A stretch of DNA of 64,000 nt from Candidatus Saccharimonadota bacterium (GTDB lineage Bacteria; Patescibacteriota; Saccharimonadia; Saccharimonadales; Saccharimonadaceae), in the NCBI GenBank assembly GCA_017515105.1, contig JAFWHO010000001.1, forward strand, positions 202,903 to 266,902, given 5' to 3'. Under the pieces are notes generated by a model. That model searched no databases. It worked only from the letters and a program-made list of their open reading frames with translations, and was not told the DNA's origin. The translations under genes and the position numbers were made by a program. Shown piece after piece: positions 18,643 through 29,126 of this stretch. Position 1 is the first letter of the stretch. Every line of letters starts with the position of its first letter.

Positions 18643-20885
18643 CGATTGTTAGCTAACTGATGATAATCTTCCAGGAAGGCCACCACTGGGTTTTCGGTGC
18701 CTTCAAAGAAGAGTAAATCATTGTAAGCAGTCTTGTCGTTAGTGTACATCTTTAAGTTTTCCGCCGCCCGCGCTAAGGAAACATATCTTTGTGCATACTT
18801 ATAAGTTTGCCACTCTGGGTTATCACTAGAATTTACAAAATCACCACCCTTAGCGAACCACACATCTTCTTCGCTGGCCCCCAAATAATTCTCTACCAAC
18901 TCGAGAGAGTCACTCTCAAAACTAATACTTGAAGAATCTTGTTGTCTAGACTTAATTATCCCTCCATCAATTACCCCAAGCGGAGTCTCTCTCTCATTGT
19001 TATATATTATATAATTAGCGAGCACAGAACCCTCATTGACTTTTCTCTCACCAGAACTACTAAGAGTTGTATTATTCTCTACAAACTCTATAAATTCGGG
19101 ATTATTGTAAGGATCGTCAAGAGTAGAAGTATCAAAGGTTACTATTTCCGAACATCCAGCTGTCCCAACCGCATTAACGGAAGCATAGTGTTCACAATTT
19201 CCAAAATTAGACAAATAACCTTCCGCACTATCAGCATAGCTTTTAGGCATTAATCTAAGTACTGAAGTACCCACAGATTTCAAAACATCACCAAATAAAG
19301 TAGCAACATTTCCCATATTGCTTTTGCGGTGTGAAAATGCAAGATTATAAATAATGGATCCGAGAAAAGTGTTTTTAGAAGTAATATCAAAAGGACTTTT
19401 AGTATTTCTATCTACCATCGCATCCATCGCCGCAATCTCGGAACTTAGTTTCAAATAAGACCTCACCGCTGCCGCGTCAGCATTAGCGCCTCCACCTGCC
19501 CTACTAAGAGCCTTACTGGTTTCCATTGCTCCTCGCGCCAAAGCTTGCCCCAGATCAATACCCTGTATGTCATCAAAAGAATTATTTACTAAGGATTCAT
19601 CAATGATTGATTCAGAATTTTTTAATACATCTATACTTGCCCCACTTGCCCCATTATCGATATATCTCCCAATCGTGCCTTTTGTTTTGTTGGTAATCGA
19701 AGCGATAGTTCCACTCGTGGTCGCATCTTGTTTGTTTAATAAAGTTTTTGTTAAATCATTTATCCTCTCGGTAGAATAATTCTTTACAGCCTTAGTGTCA
19801 AGCTTCTCACCAGATAGTATTGAATACAAACTTGGCGCGTCTAGTGCTGATCCCTCCAATTCAATTGTTTTTCCGGTTTCGGTATCCTTTATTTCGATCT
19901 TCTTCTTCTCTGTTAAATAATTCATCGTATCATTAATACAAGAAGTGTTCCCATCACCTGCTTGCATTTTATTAATTTGCTCCATAAATGTCACAAATAT
20001 TTTACTAGAGGTTTGGCCTGTTGAGGTGGTATCAGCCACTCGTAGTGCGTCCGCAGCATTTAGGGTTGCCTCATCTTCGGAATTGGCAGAGTTTTTGTTG
20101 CCAACGGCAGTAATAAAACTTAGCGCATCGCTACCAGAATTCGCATTATCACCACGTGCCTCGAGCTCATAGTAAGTCTCCATTTCACCAGTAGTTTCGT
20201 TTTGCCTCGTCTTCTCTACTAGCGCCGCCGTGTTAACATTGATATCGCTCCCTTTTCCGAGGATATTATTCATTACATCCTCAAAACTATCCTGTCCATT
20301 GCAAGAATTACGACTTACCCCCATTTTTTTAAACACTTCATTGGCAGTCTTATCGTAGTAGTAAGCTGTATTTTTGTAAGTTGCTAGATTAAAAGCATCA
20401 TAAAGTTTCCAATTTTGATCCACTTCATTCATAAAATCTTTAGCGGGAATGATTTTATCATCTATCTTAATAAATAACGGTTCTCCGTCGTGATTGTTGG
20501 TTTCAATAAACTCTCCGTCTTCCTTATAGCCCACCAATACGCCCTTTCTTTTTAGGATATCAAATGTGTCTTCAGGTATATATCCTTGTTTCAGGGCCTG
20601 TTGAAAATTAATTGCCTTACTCATTATTCCGTCCGCAGACTGGGTATCTGTTTCTTCAACCAACCTTTCTGGGATTGCTGTAGTAACAATATTGCCAGGA
20701 CTAAAAATTAATATTGCAATAAGCGCAACAGCCACAGTTAGAACCCCTGTCGCCGTGAACGAACTAAGACGATTCTTCTTTTTCTTCTTACTTGAGCCTT
20801 TAAGCTTTCCGTTCACATTTACAACAAAATCCCCACCCTTTAGGGCGTTAGCCTCGTTTTGTTTTAGGATTCCTTTAGCGCTCAT
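18639..20885 (-). CDS. large membrane-anchored extracytoplasmic hypothetical protein
   Basis: Start set at ATG 20885-20883 (MSAKGILKQ...). The longer ORF would overlap the divergent methyltransferase start. One TM segment (TATGVLTVAVALIAILIF). No domain recognised. Confidence 0.6.
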   Translation of the reverse strand: MSAKGILKQNEANALKGGDFVVNVNGKLKGSSKKKKKNRLSSFTATGVLTVAVALIAILIFSPGNIVTTAIPERLVEETDTQSADGIMSKAINFQQALKQGYIPEDTFDILKRKGVLVGYKEDGEFIETNNHDGEPLFIKIDDKIIPAKDFMNEVDQNWKLYDAFNLATYKNTAYYYDKTANEVFKKMGVSRNSCNGQDSFEDVMNNILGKGSDINVNTAALVEKTRQNETTGEMETYYELEARGDNANSGSDALSFITAVGNKNSANSEDEATLNAADALRVADTTSTGQTSSKIFVTFMEQINKMQAGDGNTSCINDTMNYLTEKKKIEIKDTETGKTIELEGSALDAPSLYSILSGEKLDTKAVKNYSTERINDLTKTLLNKQDATTSGTIASITNKTKGTIGRYIDNGASGASIDVLKNSESIIDESLVNNSFDDIQGIDLGQALARGAMETSKALSRAGGGANADAAAVRSYLKLSSEIAAMDAMVDRNTKSPFDITSKNTFLGSIIYNLAFSHRKSNMGNVATLFGDVLKSVGTSVLRLMPKSYADSAEGYLSNFGNCEHYASVNAVGTAGCSEIVTFDTSTLDDPYNNPEFIEFVENNTTLSSSGERKVNEGSVLANYIIYNNERETPLGVIDGGIIKSRQQDSSSISFESDSLELVENYLGASEEDVWFAKGGDFVNSSDNPEWQTYKYAQRYVSLARAAENLKMYTNDKTAYNDLLFFEGTENPVVAFLEDYHQLANNR

Positions 20886-20939
20886 ATTTGACCTTATTGA
20901 TATATTTATATTATAACATATTTTTGCTATAATTAAATT

Positions 20940-22115
20940 ATGATAAAAATAGAGAAAATAATCCCTGGCGGCCAGGCGCTCGCCACTATGCCGAATGGTA
21001 AAAAAGTTTTTTTCTGGAATGCTCTCCCCGGTGAAACAATTACTGATTATAAGGTTACAAAAACAAAAACCCATTACCTGGAAGCGATTGCAAACGATAT
21101 CGCCAGCCCCTCCCCGTTCCGGATAGAACCCAAAGATCCCTGTTTTTTATCCACCTCACCTTGGCAAATCATTGACTATGATTATGAGTTAAAACTTAAA
21201 TCATCTCTTGTCCAAGAAGTTTTTCGTGAACATGACGTTAGGATAGAAGAACCAGAGATTGTCACGAACCATCACGACTATCATTACCGCAACAAAATGG
21301 AATACGCCCTCTATTGGGATCATGACACAAGCAAAATCCGTCTTGCATTTCACGAGCGCGGCTCTCATCGTAAAATCCCTATCACTACCTCCTCTTTGGA
21401 GCGCCCCGAAATTTTTGAGGCTGCCACTAAAATCGTTGATGATCTAAATAGCCGCCACGAGGAAGCTCGCAAATACCAAACCCTCCTTCTTCGTTGCAAT
21501 CAAGAAGGCGAGGTGTCTGGTGGTCTCTATGAAAACCACCAACCCCATCCAATATTCCCTCCCCTTTCTGATACCATCCTAGGTCACACTTATTCATACT
21601 CGCCTAACGGATTTTTCCAAATCAATCTCCCCGTTTACGAGATGGCCTTAAAAGAAATCAAAAAACACATCACCACCGATAGAGTTCTCGATCTTTATTC
21701 CGGCGTAGGCACTATCGGCCTTTCAGTCGCTCCCGACAGGAATCTCACACTAGTTGAATGTGATAAGTCCGCCTTCAAAGAATTACAAAACAATTGTGAA
21801 CAGGCCAAAAACTCCAACTCTGGCAAATTCGCCCCAGAAGCTATTCTTGCGAAATCAGAAGACGTTATTAACTACATCGAACCCGACATGACTGTTATTT
21901 TAGATCCCCCTCGTGCCGGTTGTGATCGTAAATTGATCGATCGTTTGAACGAAGTAAAACCCACCAGAATTATCTATCTTTCTTGCAACCCAGCCACCGA
22001 GGCCCGCGATGTAAAATTGTTACTCGACAACTACCGGATTGATTTAGTTAAGACTTTTAACTTCTTTCCTCACACTCCCCACATCGAGAATCTCGTGATT
22101 CTCTCCCGAAAATAA
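20940..22115 (+). CDS. TrmA/RlmD-family RNA (uracil-5-)-methyltransferase
   Basis: TRAM-like N-terminus. LDLYSGVGTIGL (SAM motif I), LDPPRAGC, YLSCNPAT. Confidence 0.8.
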   Translation: MIKIEKIIPGGQALATMPNGKKVFFWNALPGETITDYKVTKTKTHYLEAIANDIASPSPFRIEPKDPCFLSTSPWQIIDYDYELKLKSSLVQEVFREHDVRIEEPEIVTNHHDYHYRNKMEYALYWDHDTSKIRLAFHERGSHRKIPITTSSLERPEIFEAATKIVDDLNSRHEEARKYQTLLLRCNQEGEVSGGLYENHQPHPIFPPLSDTILGHTYSYSPNGFFQINLPVYEMALKEIKKHITTDRVLDLYSGVGTIGLSVAPDRNLTLVECDKSAFKELQNNCEQAKNSNSGKFAPEAILAKSEDVINYIEPDMTVILDPPRAGCDRKLIDRLNEVKPTRIIYLSCNPATEARDVKLLLDNYRIDLVKTFNFFPHTPHIENLVILSRK

Positions 22116-22169
22116 CACCGTATTCATTCTTCATTTTTTACTTCAAACGTGCTAGAATATTTCTAAGAC

Positions 22170-22259
22170 GGAAAGGTGGCCGAGTGGTTTAAGGCGCACG
22201 CTTGGAAAGCGTGTGTGTGAGCAATTGCACCGCAGGTTCGAATCCTGTCCTTTCCGCCA
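22170..22259 (+). tRNA. tRNA-Ser (anticodon GGA), CCA encoded
   Basis: Acceptor GGAAAGG/CCTTTCC, anticodon arm CACGC-TTGGAAA-GCGTG, long variable arm, T-loop GGTTCGAATCC, discriminator G plus CCA. TAGAAT promoter at 22153-22158. Confidence 0.9.
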
Positions 22260-22284
22260 CACGACAATAACCATGGAGTAAAAG

Positions 22285-23118
22285 GTGAGCGAAAAAAACA
22301 CACTAATTGAATTAAAAGGTCTAACCAAACGCTACGGCTACGGTGATACTGAGTCATTTGCGCTTAAAGATTTTGATCTAACTATCAAACGCGGTGAATT
22401 TATTATGATTATGGGCCCCTCGGGTTGCGGTAAAACTACCCTCCTCGATATTATCGGCCTACTAGATCGTGCCACTCGTGGCGAATATTATCTAAACGGC
22501 GAGAATGTCGCCGGCATTTCCAGTCGTCGCCAGGCCAAACTCCGTGCTAAGAAAATCGGCTTCGTTTTCCAAAACTTTAATCTAATTGAAGATCTTCCTA
22601 TTATCGAAAACGTTTCCCTCCCTCTTGTTTATGCTGGCTATTCCAAAACCTCACGTCTCAAGAAAGCCTCTTCAGCCCTGAAGCGCTTCCATCTCGAAGA
22701 ACGCGAATACTATCTTCCCTACCAGCTATCAGGTGGCCAACAGCAACGTGTTGCCATTGCTCGTGCCATCGTAGGTAGTCCCGAAATCATCCTCGCCGAT
22801 GAGCCTACTGGTAATCTTGATTCCCGCGGTTCTCATATTGTCATGGAAGAGCTGAAAGCTATTCATAAAGAAGGTAACACCATTATCATGGTTACCCACA
22901 ACCCAGCTCTAACGGTTTACGCTACCCGCGTCATTAATATGTTGGACGGCCAGATTGATACCGATGTTAAGACTGTGGCGGATGCGAATCTCCCTCAACC
23001 TATCAGTGTCCGAATTAAAAAGAAAAAATATTCCGATGTTTCTATTAGTATCCCAGAAGACTCAGGCAAAACCACCAAGAAAACCAAAAAACGCAAAAAA
23101 TCTAGGAGGAAAAACTAA
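22285..23118 (+). CDS. ABC transporter ATP-binding protein (MacB/LolD-like)
   Basis: GPSGCGKTT (Walker A), [14 protein letters not shown] (signature), [11 protein letters not shown] (Walker B). GTG start. Basic C-terminal tail. Confidence 0.85.
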   Translation: MSEKNTLIELKGLTKRYGYGDTESFALKDFDLTIKRGEFIMIMGPSGCGKTTLLDIIGLLDRATRGEYYLNGENVAGISSRRQAKLRAKKIGFVFQNFNLIEDLPIIENVSLPLVYAGYSKTSRLKKASSALKRFHLEEREYYLPYQLSGGQQQRVAIARAIVGSPEIILADEPTGNLDSRGSHIVMEELKAIHKEGNTIIMVTHNPALTVYATRVINMLDGQIDTDVKTVADANLPQPISVRIKKKKYSDVSISIPEDSGKTTKKTKKRKKSRRKN

Positions 23119-24350
23119 TGGCGATGTTACTTAGAACTCATTTCAAGCTAGCCCGCACTTCCATCAAGGAAAACCGCGGCCGCTCTTTCCTTACCTGTCT
23201 TGGTATCGCAATTGGTGTTGCTAGTATTATTCTTATTCTCTCTCTTACTGGTAGTGTTTCCAACCTAGTCGAAAGCGAAGTTGACGAAATCGGCGCCGAT
23301 CTCATGGTTGTTCGACCTAGCTCTACTAAGGACTCTGTTACCAGCATTGTTGAAGAGCTAACCTCCGCGAATTCATTCCAAAAATCCAGCCTAGCGATTC
23401 CCGACACAAGCACAATTAAGAAAATCGACAATGTTACTGCCGCCGCTCCGGTCGCGATTAGCACCAACACTGTAGTTTCGGAGAAAAACTCCTTCGAATC
23501 GGTCCCAATTCTGGGCACCAATTTGGATTATATTAAAATAGAACCACTCCCTATCCGCTACGGCGCTTTCCTAACCGAAACCAACGAAGAGAATTCTGTC
23601 GTACTCGGCCATACTTTGTCGCTAGCTTTGTTTAACACGATCAATAGTACTGTCGGTAAGATGGTTACTATCATGGGTGAAAAGTTTATGGTGGTCGGCG
23701 TTCTTGATAAAATCGACAAAACCATCAACTTTGACAACATCGATTATGACAACGCTGCTATTATGAACATCGAATCTCTAGATAAAATTACCGGTTCCAC
23801 TCAAATCCAACAAATCAACGTCAAAGCGGCTAATACTGACAGCCTCCAAACTATAAAGGAGCAAGCCACCGCCGCTCTCACCGAGTCGAAGCACGGTGAT
23901 ACGAATTTCACGGTAGCTTACGGTGATGAAATCACTCACCCAGCCGGCTCCCTCTTCTCGATCGTCTCTGGCATGTTGGCAATCGTTGCCGGCATTTCTC
24001 TCATCGTTGGCGGTATTGGTGTTATGAACATTATGCTCGTCTCTGTTTCCGAACGCACTCACGAAATCGGCGTCCGCAAAGCAGTCGGCGCTTCTTCCCG
24101 CAATATTTTGATTCAATTCTTGTTTGAAGCACTTATCCTCTCTGTTCTGGGCGGTGTCTTTGGTCTCATCCTTGGCTACGTTCTAGCCTTCCTACTCTCC
24201 ACCATTACGCCATTTAGTCCATACATTAGCTGGGAAATTATAGCCGTCTCATTCCTTACGACCTTGGTTATAGGTATCATCTTTGGTATCTATCCAGCCC
24301 TGAAGGCGGCCAGCAAAGATTCAATCGATTCACTAAAGCATTATAGATAG
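23118..24350 (+). CDS. ABC transporter permease, MacB/FtsX family
   Basis: N-terminal TM, periplasmic domain, and a C-terminal FtsX fold (VSERTHEIGVRKAVGASSRNI). Start overlaps the ATPase stop. Confidence 0.85.
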   Translation: MAMLLRTHFKLARTSIKENRGRSFLTCLGIAIGVASIILILSLTGSVSNLVESEVDEIGADLMVVRPSSTKDSVTSIVEELTSANSFQKSSLAIPDTSTIKKIDNVTAAAPVAISTNTVVSEKNSFESVPILGTNLDYIKIEPLPIRYGAFLTETNEENSVVLGHTLSLALFNTINSTVGKMVTIMGEKFMVVGVLDKIDKTINFDNIDYDNAAIMNIESLDKITGSTQIQQINVKAANTDSLQTIKEQATAALTESKHGDTNFTVAYGDEITHPAGSLFSIVSGMLAIVAGISLIVGGIGVMNIMLVSVSERTHEIGVRKAVGASSRNILIQFLFEALILSVLGGVFGLILGYVLAFLLSTITPFSPYISWEIIAVSFLTTLVIGIIFGIYPALKAASKDSIDSLKHYR

Positions 24351-24351
24351 T

Positions 24352-25605
24352 ATGAAAAAACAACTCGAAAAACTACCATTCTACAACAAAGCGGTTCTGC
24401 CCTACCATTACGCGCAGGCGGAGGTAGCAGTTACCAAATACCACCACCCCGCAAAAAAACTCCGCGTCATTGGTGTCACAGGTACTAACGGCAAGACCAC
24501 AACCAGCTTTATGATTTGGCATATGCTCCGCTCAGCGGGCTACAATGCTGGCATCATGACTACCGTTGCTTACGGTGTTGATAAGCTTCACCCTGAATTG
24601 AACCACATGACCACTGTCGACCCATTTACTTTAAATCAGCGCATCAATGATCTAAAAAACCAAGGTATTGAATTTCTTGTTCTTGAGGTCACCTCGCACG
24701 CCCTCGTAGAACACCGCACCCTCGGTGTTCCCTTTGAGATCGGAGTCTTCACTAATCTTACTCACGAACATCTAGATTACCACAAAACCATCGAAAAATA
24801 TCGTGCCGCTAAGGGTAAATTAATCAAGAAAGCCAAATTCAGTATCCTTAATGCCGACGATCCGGCCACCAAATATTACAAAACATTAACAGATGATTAT
24901 ATCACATATGGTATAAAATCAGGCCAAAAGCGTGCTAAGGATATCAAGCTGAGCATTTCAGGTGTAGAATATTCGGTTGACGATATGAAAATTAAGACCA
25001 GTATTCCGGGCGAGTTCAATGTTTATAATTCCCTTGCCGCCGCTCTTGTTGGTGAAAAACTAGGTCTCACCAAAGACCAGATTTACAAGGGCATTCTTTC
25101 GCTTAAATCCGTCGAAGGTCGCATGAATATTATCGACGAAGGCCAACCCTTTACTGTAATTGTTGATTATGCTCACGCTCCTGATGCCTTAGAGAAAGTT
25201 TTTTACTCAGTTAAAGGTCATAAAGGCAAAGTTATCTCGGTCCATGGTGGCGCAGGTCGTCGCGACCCATCTACCCGCCCTATCCGCGGTGAAATTCTCG
25301 CTAAAAATTCCGATATCGTGATTATTACCGAAGATGATTCGCGCGACGAAGATCCAGAGCTAATCGCTGCCGGCTTCATTGAAGGAGCTACCAAACACGG
25401 CAAAACCTTGGATAAAGATTTGTTCAAAGAATTAGATCGCGAAAAAGCTATCGCCCTCGCCTTCGAAAAAGCCAAACCGGGCGACCTTGTCCTAATCCTC
25501 GGCAAAGGCCACGAGAAAACCATTCTCCGCGCCGACGGCCCGCATCCATTTGAAGACATCAAAGTGGCCACCAAGCTATTAAAAGCCTACAAAAAAGCCC
25601 GTTAA
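24352..25605 (+). CDS. murE: Mur ligase, probably UDP-MurNAc-L-Ala-D-Glu:diamino acid ligase (short N-terminus)
   Basis: VIGVTGTNGKTTT, LEVTSHAL, DYAHAPDAL, GAGRRD. The substrate call is an inference. Confidence 0.7.
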   Translation: MKKQLEKLPFYNKAVLPYHYAQAEVAVTKYHHPAKKLRVIGVTGTNGKTTTSFMIWHMLRSAGYNAGIMTTVAYGVDKLHPELNHMTTVDPFTLNQRINDLKNQGIEFLVLEVTSHALVEHRTLGVPFEIGVFTNLTHEHLDYHKTIEKYRAAKGKLIKKAKFSILNADDPATKYYKTLTDDYITYGIKSGQKRAKDIKLSISGVEYSVDDMKIKTSIPGEFNVYNSLAAALVGEKLGLTKDQIYKGILSLKSVEGRMNIIDEGQPFTVIVDYAHAPDALEKVFYSVKGHKGKVISVHGGAGRRDPSTRPIRGEILAKNSDIVIITEDDSRDEDPELIAAGFIEGATKHGKTLDKDLFKELDREKAIALAFEKAKPGDLVLILGKGHEKTILRADGPHPFEDIKVATKLLKAYKKAR

Positions 25606-25650
25606 TCAGATATTTATGTTATTATTGTATTAACATAAACGGGATAATAT

Positions 25651-27204
25651 ATGGACGATAATCATCTTAATGATGAGGGTGGTGCTACGCCTAACCCCAT
25701 CACAAACACAACTAAACCAGTTAGCGGCGCTGCTCAGCCCGCTGCGGCACCAAGCCCAGTTAGGCCAACTGCAACCGCACCGGCTCCAGCTAAAACAGTT
25801 ACAGCGGCAAATACCACACCGGCTCCCGCTAGTGTTCCAGCCCCGACCCCAACCGCTGCTATTACAACAACTCCTACCACGTCCTCGGCCTCAACAGCAA
25901 GCTCTGACGAGCTAGCAGCCGAGCCGGCGACTGAACCAACCGCCGAACTAAAACCTGACCTAGATACGGAACCAACCATTGAACCAACCAAACCAGCCAA
26001 TCCCAAGAAAAACCGCACCGGTCTCATTGCTGGCATTATTTCCGCAGCTGTTGTGTTGATCCTGGGTATTTGCTTCGCAGCTTTTGCAATGATCAAAAAC
26101 CAACCCGACAACATCGCTGCAGAATCATTTGCTAATCTATTAAATGCTAAGCAAGTTGCAGTGTCCGGCGAGTTGTCTTTAAGCCCAAAAGGCGATACGT
26201 TAAGCACGATGGGCCCCATCAAAATCACCCTCGACTCTCAAACCTCTGACAGCAATCAATCCCTTAGCACCAACATCACCATAAGCCTACCAGAGCAAAA
26301 CAAAACCTTCGATCTTGGTATCGGTGAAGTCATGTTGAATAACGGCGTCTTCTACGTTAAAGCTAGCGGATTTACCGAAATCTACGAGGAATTTTTACAG
26401 TCAGCGGTAGATACTTACTTGCAGTCTATGGTCAGCCAAAATCTTACCGCGAACACATACCAAGCCTGCTACGATATTGAAGATTTTGACGCATACACAG
26501 AATGCATGGACCAAGTTGATGCAAGCGATATTATAAATGCCGCAAAAGGAATGTTAAATCAAGACGTAACAGCTAAGATTAAAGCCGAAATCGCGGAGAT
26601 TATCACTAAGATTGACGACCAGTGGTTTGAAATCTCTCTTAAAGATGTTTTAGAGAGCGACTACATCAGCCAATTCCTGGACGAATCGGCCAAAAAGCCT
26701 ATTCTAGATACCTATGACTGTGCCGTGGATATGCTAAACAGAAAACCAGATTATTCAAATGAACTAGCAAACCTCTACACGGACAATAAATTTATCAAAG
26801 CAACTCCAGCCGAAGATTCATATTACAAAATAGCTATCGATAACACGAAACTAACAAACTACTTGAATGCCCTCCCTGATACTAAAGCTGTCTCGGACCT
26901 TGCTTCCTGTTTCAATGTCGACCTAAGCAATAATAATAAAACTATCTCTACTGAAAAAGTTAATGAATTCACAAAAAACATCCCAGGCTTTTATGCTAAA
27001 TTTGACGGGTTCTTTGATCACCATTTGTCGGCTCTAAAATTTGAGCAGAGCGGAGACAATTATTCAATAACCTCCAACGTCAACATTACTTATCCAGGAA
27101 ATCTCACCATCTCTGCGCCGGCTGATTCAAAACCTATCATGGATGTAGTCCAAGAAATCATGACGGATATCGAATCCATCAGTAAAGAAATCATGGCAAT
27201 CTAA
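25651..27204 (+). CDS. membrane-anchored hypothetical protein with P/A/T-rich N-terminus
   Basis: Low-complexity PAT-rich first ~110 aa, a TM segment (LIAGIISAAVVLILGICFAAFAMI), and a large C-terminal domain without recognised motifs. Confidence 0.6.
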   Translation: MDDNHLNDEGGATPNPITNTTKPVSGAAQPAAAPSPVRPTATAPAPAKTVTAANTTPAPASVPAPTPTAAITTTPTTSSASTASSDELAAEPATEPTAELKPDLDTEPTIEPTKPANPKKNRTGLIAGIISAAVVLILGICFAAFAMIKNQPDNIAAESFANLLNAKQVAVSGELSLSPKGDTLSTMGPIKITLDSQTSDSNQSLSTNITISLPEQNKTFDLGIGEVMLNNGVFYVKASGFTEIYEEFLQSAVDTYLQSMVSQNLTANTYQACYDIEDFDAYTECMDQVDASDIINAAKGMLNQDVTAKIKAEIAEIITKIDDQWFEISLKDVLESDYISQFLDESAKKPILDTYDCAVDMLNRKPDYSNELANLYTDNKFIKATPAEDSYYKIAIDNTKLTNYLNALPDTKAVSDLASCFNVDLSNNNKTISTEKVNEFTKNIPGFYAKFDGFFDHHLSALKFEQSGDNYSITSNVNITYPGNLTISAPADSKPIMDVVQEIMTDIESISKEIMAI

Positions 27205-27232
27205 AATAAGCCCCGACTAAGGGGCTTATTTT
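27205..27232. terminator. bidirectional hairpin terminator
   Basis: AATAAGCCCC-GACTAA-GGGGCTTATT flanked by A/T runs between convergent genes. Confidence 0.7.
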
Positions 27233-27249
27233 AATAACAAATCCAAGAG

Positions 27250-28011
27250 TTAAGGCTCGTAGTTCGCGATGCCATCTATGATATTTTGAGTAGAAATATT
27301 TAAACAATGCGCAATCGCCACCGCACAAGCCATATAAGACACGGCGGTCTCTCCTGTAACAAAGGTAGCTACCGATATAATATCAGAGTTGATCGAAAGA
27401 GTCGCCTCAGTTCCCTTCGCGTACAGTTTGGAATTAAGAATCTTGACGTCCGGACTAGTTTGCCCGTAGCTAACGGTCTTTTCAGTGCCGCCAAAGTCAG
27501 CAAAAGCATCAAAGTGTTTGTCGTCACTATTCAGAACAACAATGTTGGGGTTCATCCTAAATAAGGTCTTTTCCGTTTCAACATATTCTTCTGCGGTCAT
27601 ATCTTTAAGACTAGCCGTCATGAAGTTGGTCATAGCTGCTACATGTACAGGGAGTCCATGGAAAACGTTATCGCGTAATCCTTCAGCCGGTACGGTTACC
27701 ACCACATAATTCGCTCCCGCCTTCCATGCGTCGGACAAAAATTTATGCAACATCCCCATTTTGAAAGGTTGGTCGCTAGCAAGTACGGCTACCTGCTCAC
27801 CCGCTGATTTAAGAATTTCATGTACATAATGCGCCACAGTCACTTTGCCGGCTGTACCAGTAATAGCAATAAGTTGCATGTCCTTGGTGGGGTTACCATA
27901 ATATGATTTTAGGAGTTTAGCCTTGATTTTTTGTGACTTACCCTTGAGCCCACCGTTTTTGTTTCTCTCTCTCGACTTATTACTCTTTTCCATACCTTCA
28001 TTATACCACAC
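27250..28011 (-). CDS. truncated/degenerate Mur-ligase-like protein (central domain only)
   Basis: LIAITGTAGKVTVAHYV resembles the Mur ligase P-loop (GTNGKTT) but is degenerate. At 253 aa it lacks the C-terminal domain. Confidence 0.5.
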   Translation of the reverse strand: MWYNEGMEKSNKSRERNKNGGLKGKSQKIKAKLLKSYYGNPTKDMQLIAITGTAGKVTVAHYVHEILKSAGEQVAVLASDQPFKMGMLHKFLSDAWKAGANYVVVTVPAEGLRDNVFHGLPVHVAAMTNFMTASLKDMTAEEYVETEKTLFRMNPNIVVLNSDDKHFDAFADFGGTEKTVSYGQTSPDVKILNSKLYAKGTEATLSINSDIISVATFVTGETAVSYMACAVAIAHCLNISTQNIIDGIANYEP

Positions 28012-28058
28012 CGAAAAACCATCCCTATAAAATACCTCCTCATCTATCCCCTTCCCTT

Positions 28059-29126
28059 TTAGGCAAGCAGCTTACAAACAAGGCTAACTATTAACTTCTT
28101 CTCTTTTGGTTCACTTTCTGCAATTAAAAGAGCTATCGCCGTTAAAGCCTTATCCGATATCTTTGTATCCCCGTTATTAGTTAAATGACAATCATTCAAA
28201 GTTAGAAATAGAATAAAAAGTAGTGCCCCAATTCGTTTGTTACCATCGTAAAATGGGTGGTCCTTAATTACGAAATACAAAAGGTTTGCTGCTTTTTCTG
28301 GCACACTCGGATAAAGTTCCTTCCCATCAAAACTCTGGAAAATCGCCACAAGGTTCCCTTCAAAACTTCCGTTACGCTCTTTCCCAAACAAATCGGAGCC
28401 CCCTACGCTTCCCCGTAGTTTCTCGACGGCCGACTTGCACATTTCTACCGTCAACTCTTTAACCTTCTTCTTGGTGCCCATAAATGATAGGTCGATATGC
28501 CCATCATCATATTCTTGTAACGTCTCAAAGCTTCCGGCGTATTTTGATATTACCTCAAGCACCCCATTGGCTTCACCCGCATCGAGCTCGTTTCTTACCG
28601 TCAATCTCTTAACTAACGCCATTACTTCTTCGACATCATGTAATTTCTGGAGATCTTTTTTCTCCTTTAGGGCTTCAAGCCTCCGTTCATTTACTGCTAC
28701 TCCAGTAGTCAAATATCGTCGAAGCACTGAAGTTGCCCAGACCCTAAATTGCGTTGCCTTTTTCGAATTCACCCGATATCCCACCGAAATAATTGCATCA
28801 AGATTATAAACTTTTGTCTTACGCCGGATAATGCGGTCCCCTTCTTTTTGAACTTGGGTAATTTCCTTACAGGTTCTTCTCTGCCCTGGTATAGTGCTAT
28901 TTACGTCAACTTGTTCCATTTTGGAACAAGTTGGGTCCATCACTAATTCCCCACTCTTATAGATGTTACTAAGATGCTTTACAATCGCTGGCCGCTGCAC
29001 ACCGAACACCTTCGCCATCTGATCCGGTGTCGCCCAAATAGTCTCCTCGTCCGCGTCAACATTAAAAACCACCTCACCTTCTAAACCCTGATAAATCTCA
29101 ATTCTCTTATCTACGTTGTCATCCAT
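28059..29126 (-). CDS. RhuM-family N-terminal domain fused to Fic/Doc domain
   Basis: IWATPDQMAKVFGVQRPAIVKHL...YNLDAIISVGYRVNSKKATQFRVWATSVL is RhuM-like. C-terminal HPFYDGNKRIGALLF is a Doc-type Fic motif. Confidence 0.75.
   Translation of the reverse strand: MDDNVDKRIEIYQGLEGEVVFNVDADEETIWATPDQMAKVFGVQRPAIVKHLSNIYKSGELVMDPTCSKMEQVDVNSTIPGQRRTCKEITQVQKEGDRIIRRKTKVYNLDAIISVGYRVNSKKATQFRVWATSVLRRYLTTGVAVNERRLEALKEKKDLQKLHDVEEVMALVKRLTVRNELDAGEANGVLEVISKYAGSFETLQEYDDGHIDLSFMGTKKKVKELTVEMCKSAVEKLRGSVGGSDLFGKERNGSFEGNLVAIFQSFDGKELYPSVPEKAANLLYFVIKDHPFYDGNKRIGALLFILFLTLNDCHLTNNGDTKISDKALTAIALLIAESEPKEKKLIVSLVCKLLA

Noticed and set aside
20886-21074. N-terminal extension of the 811-aa ORF.
   Set aside because: It would overlap the divergent methyltransferase start and its promoter. 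MSAKG at 20885 is followed by the expected basic region and TM anchor.
25734-26228. 164-aa minus-strand ORF. Similar long antisense ORFs occur at 23138-23521, 54446-55072, 56018-56323, 61337-62098 and 62109-62786.
   Set aside because: These are shadow ORFs opposite GC-richer, well-supported genes (the P/A/T-rich protein, the ABC permease, the P-type ATPase, ftsK). They have no independent motifs or start signals.
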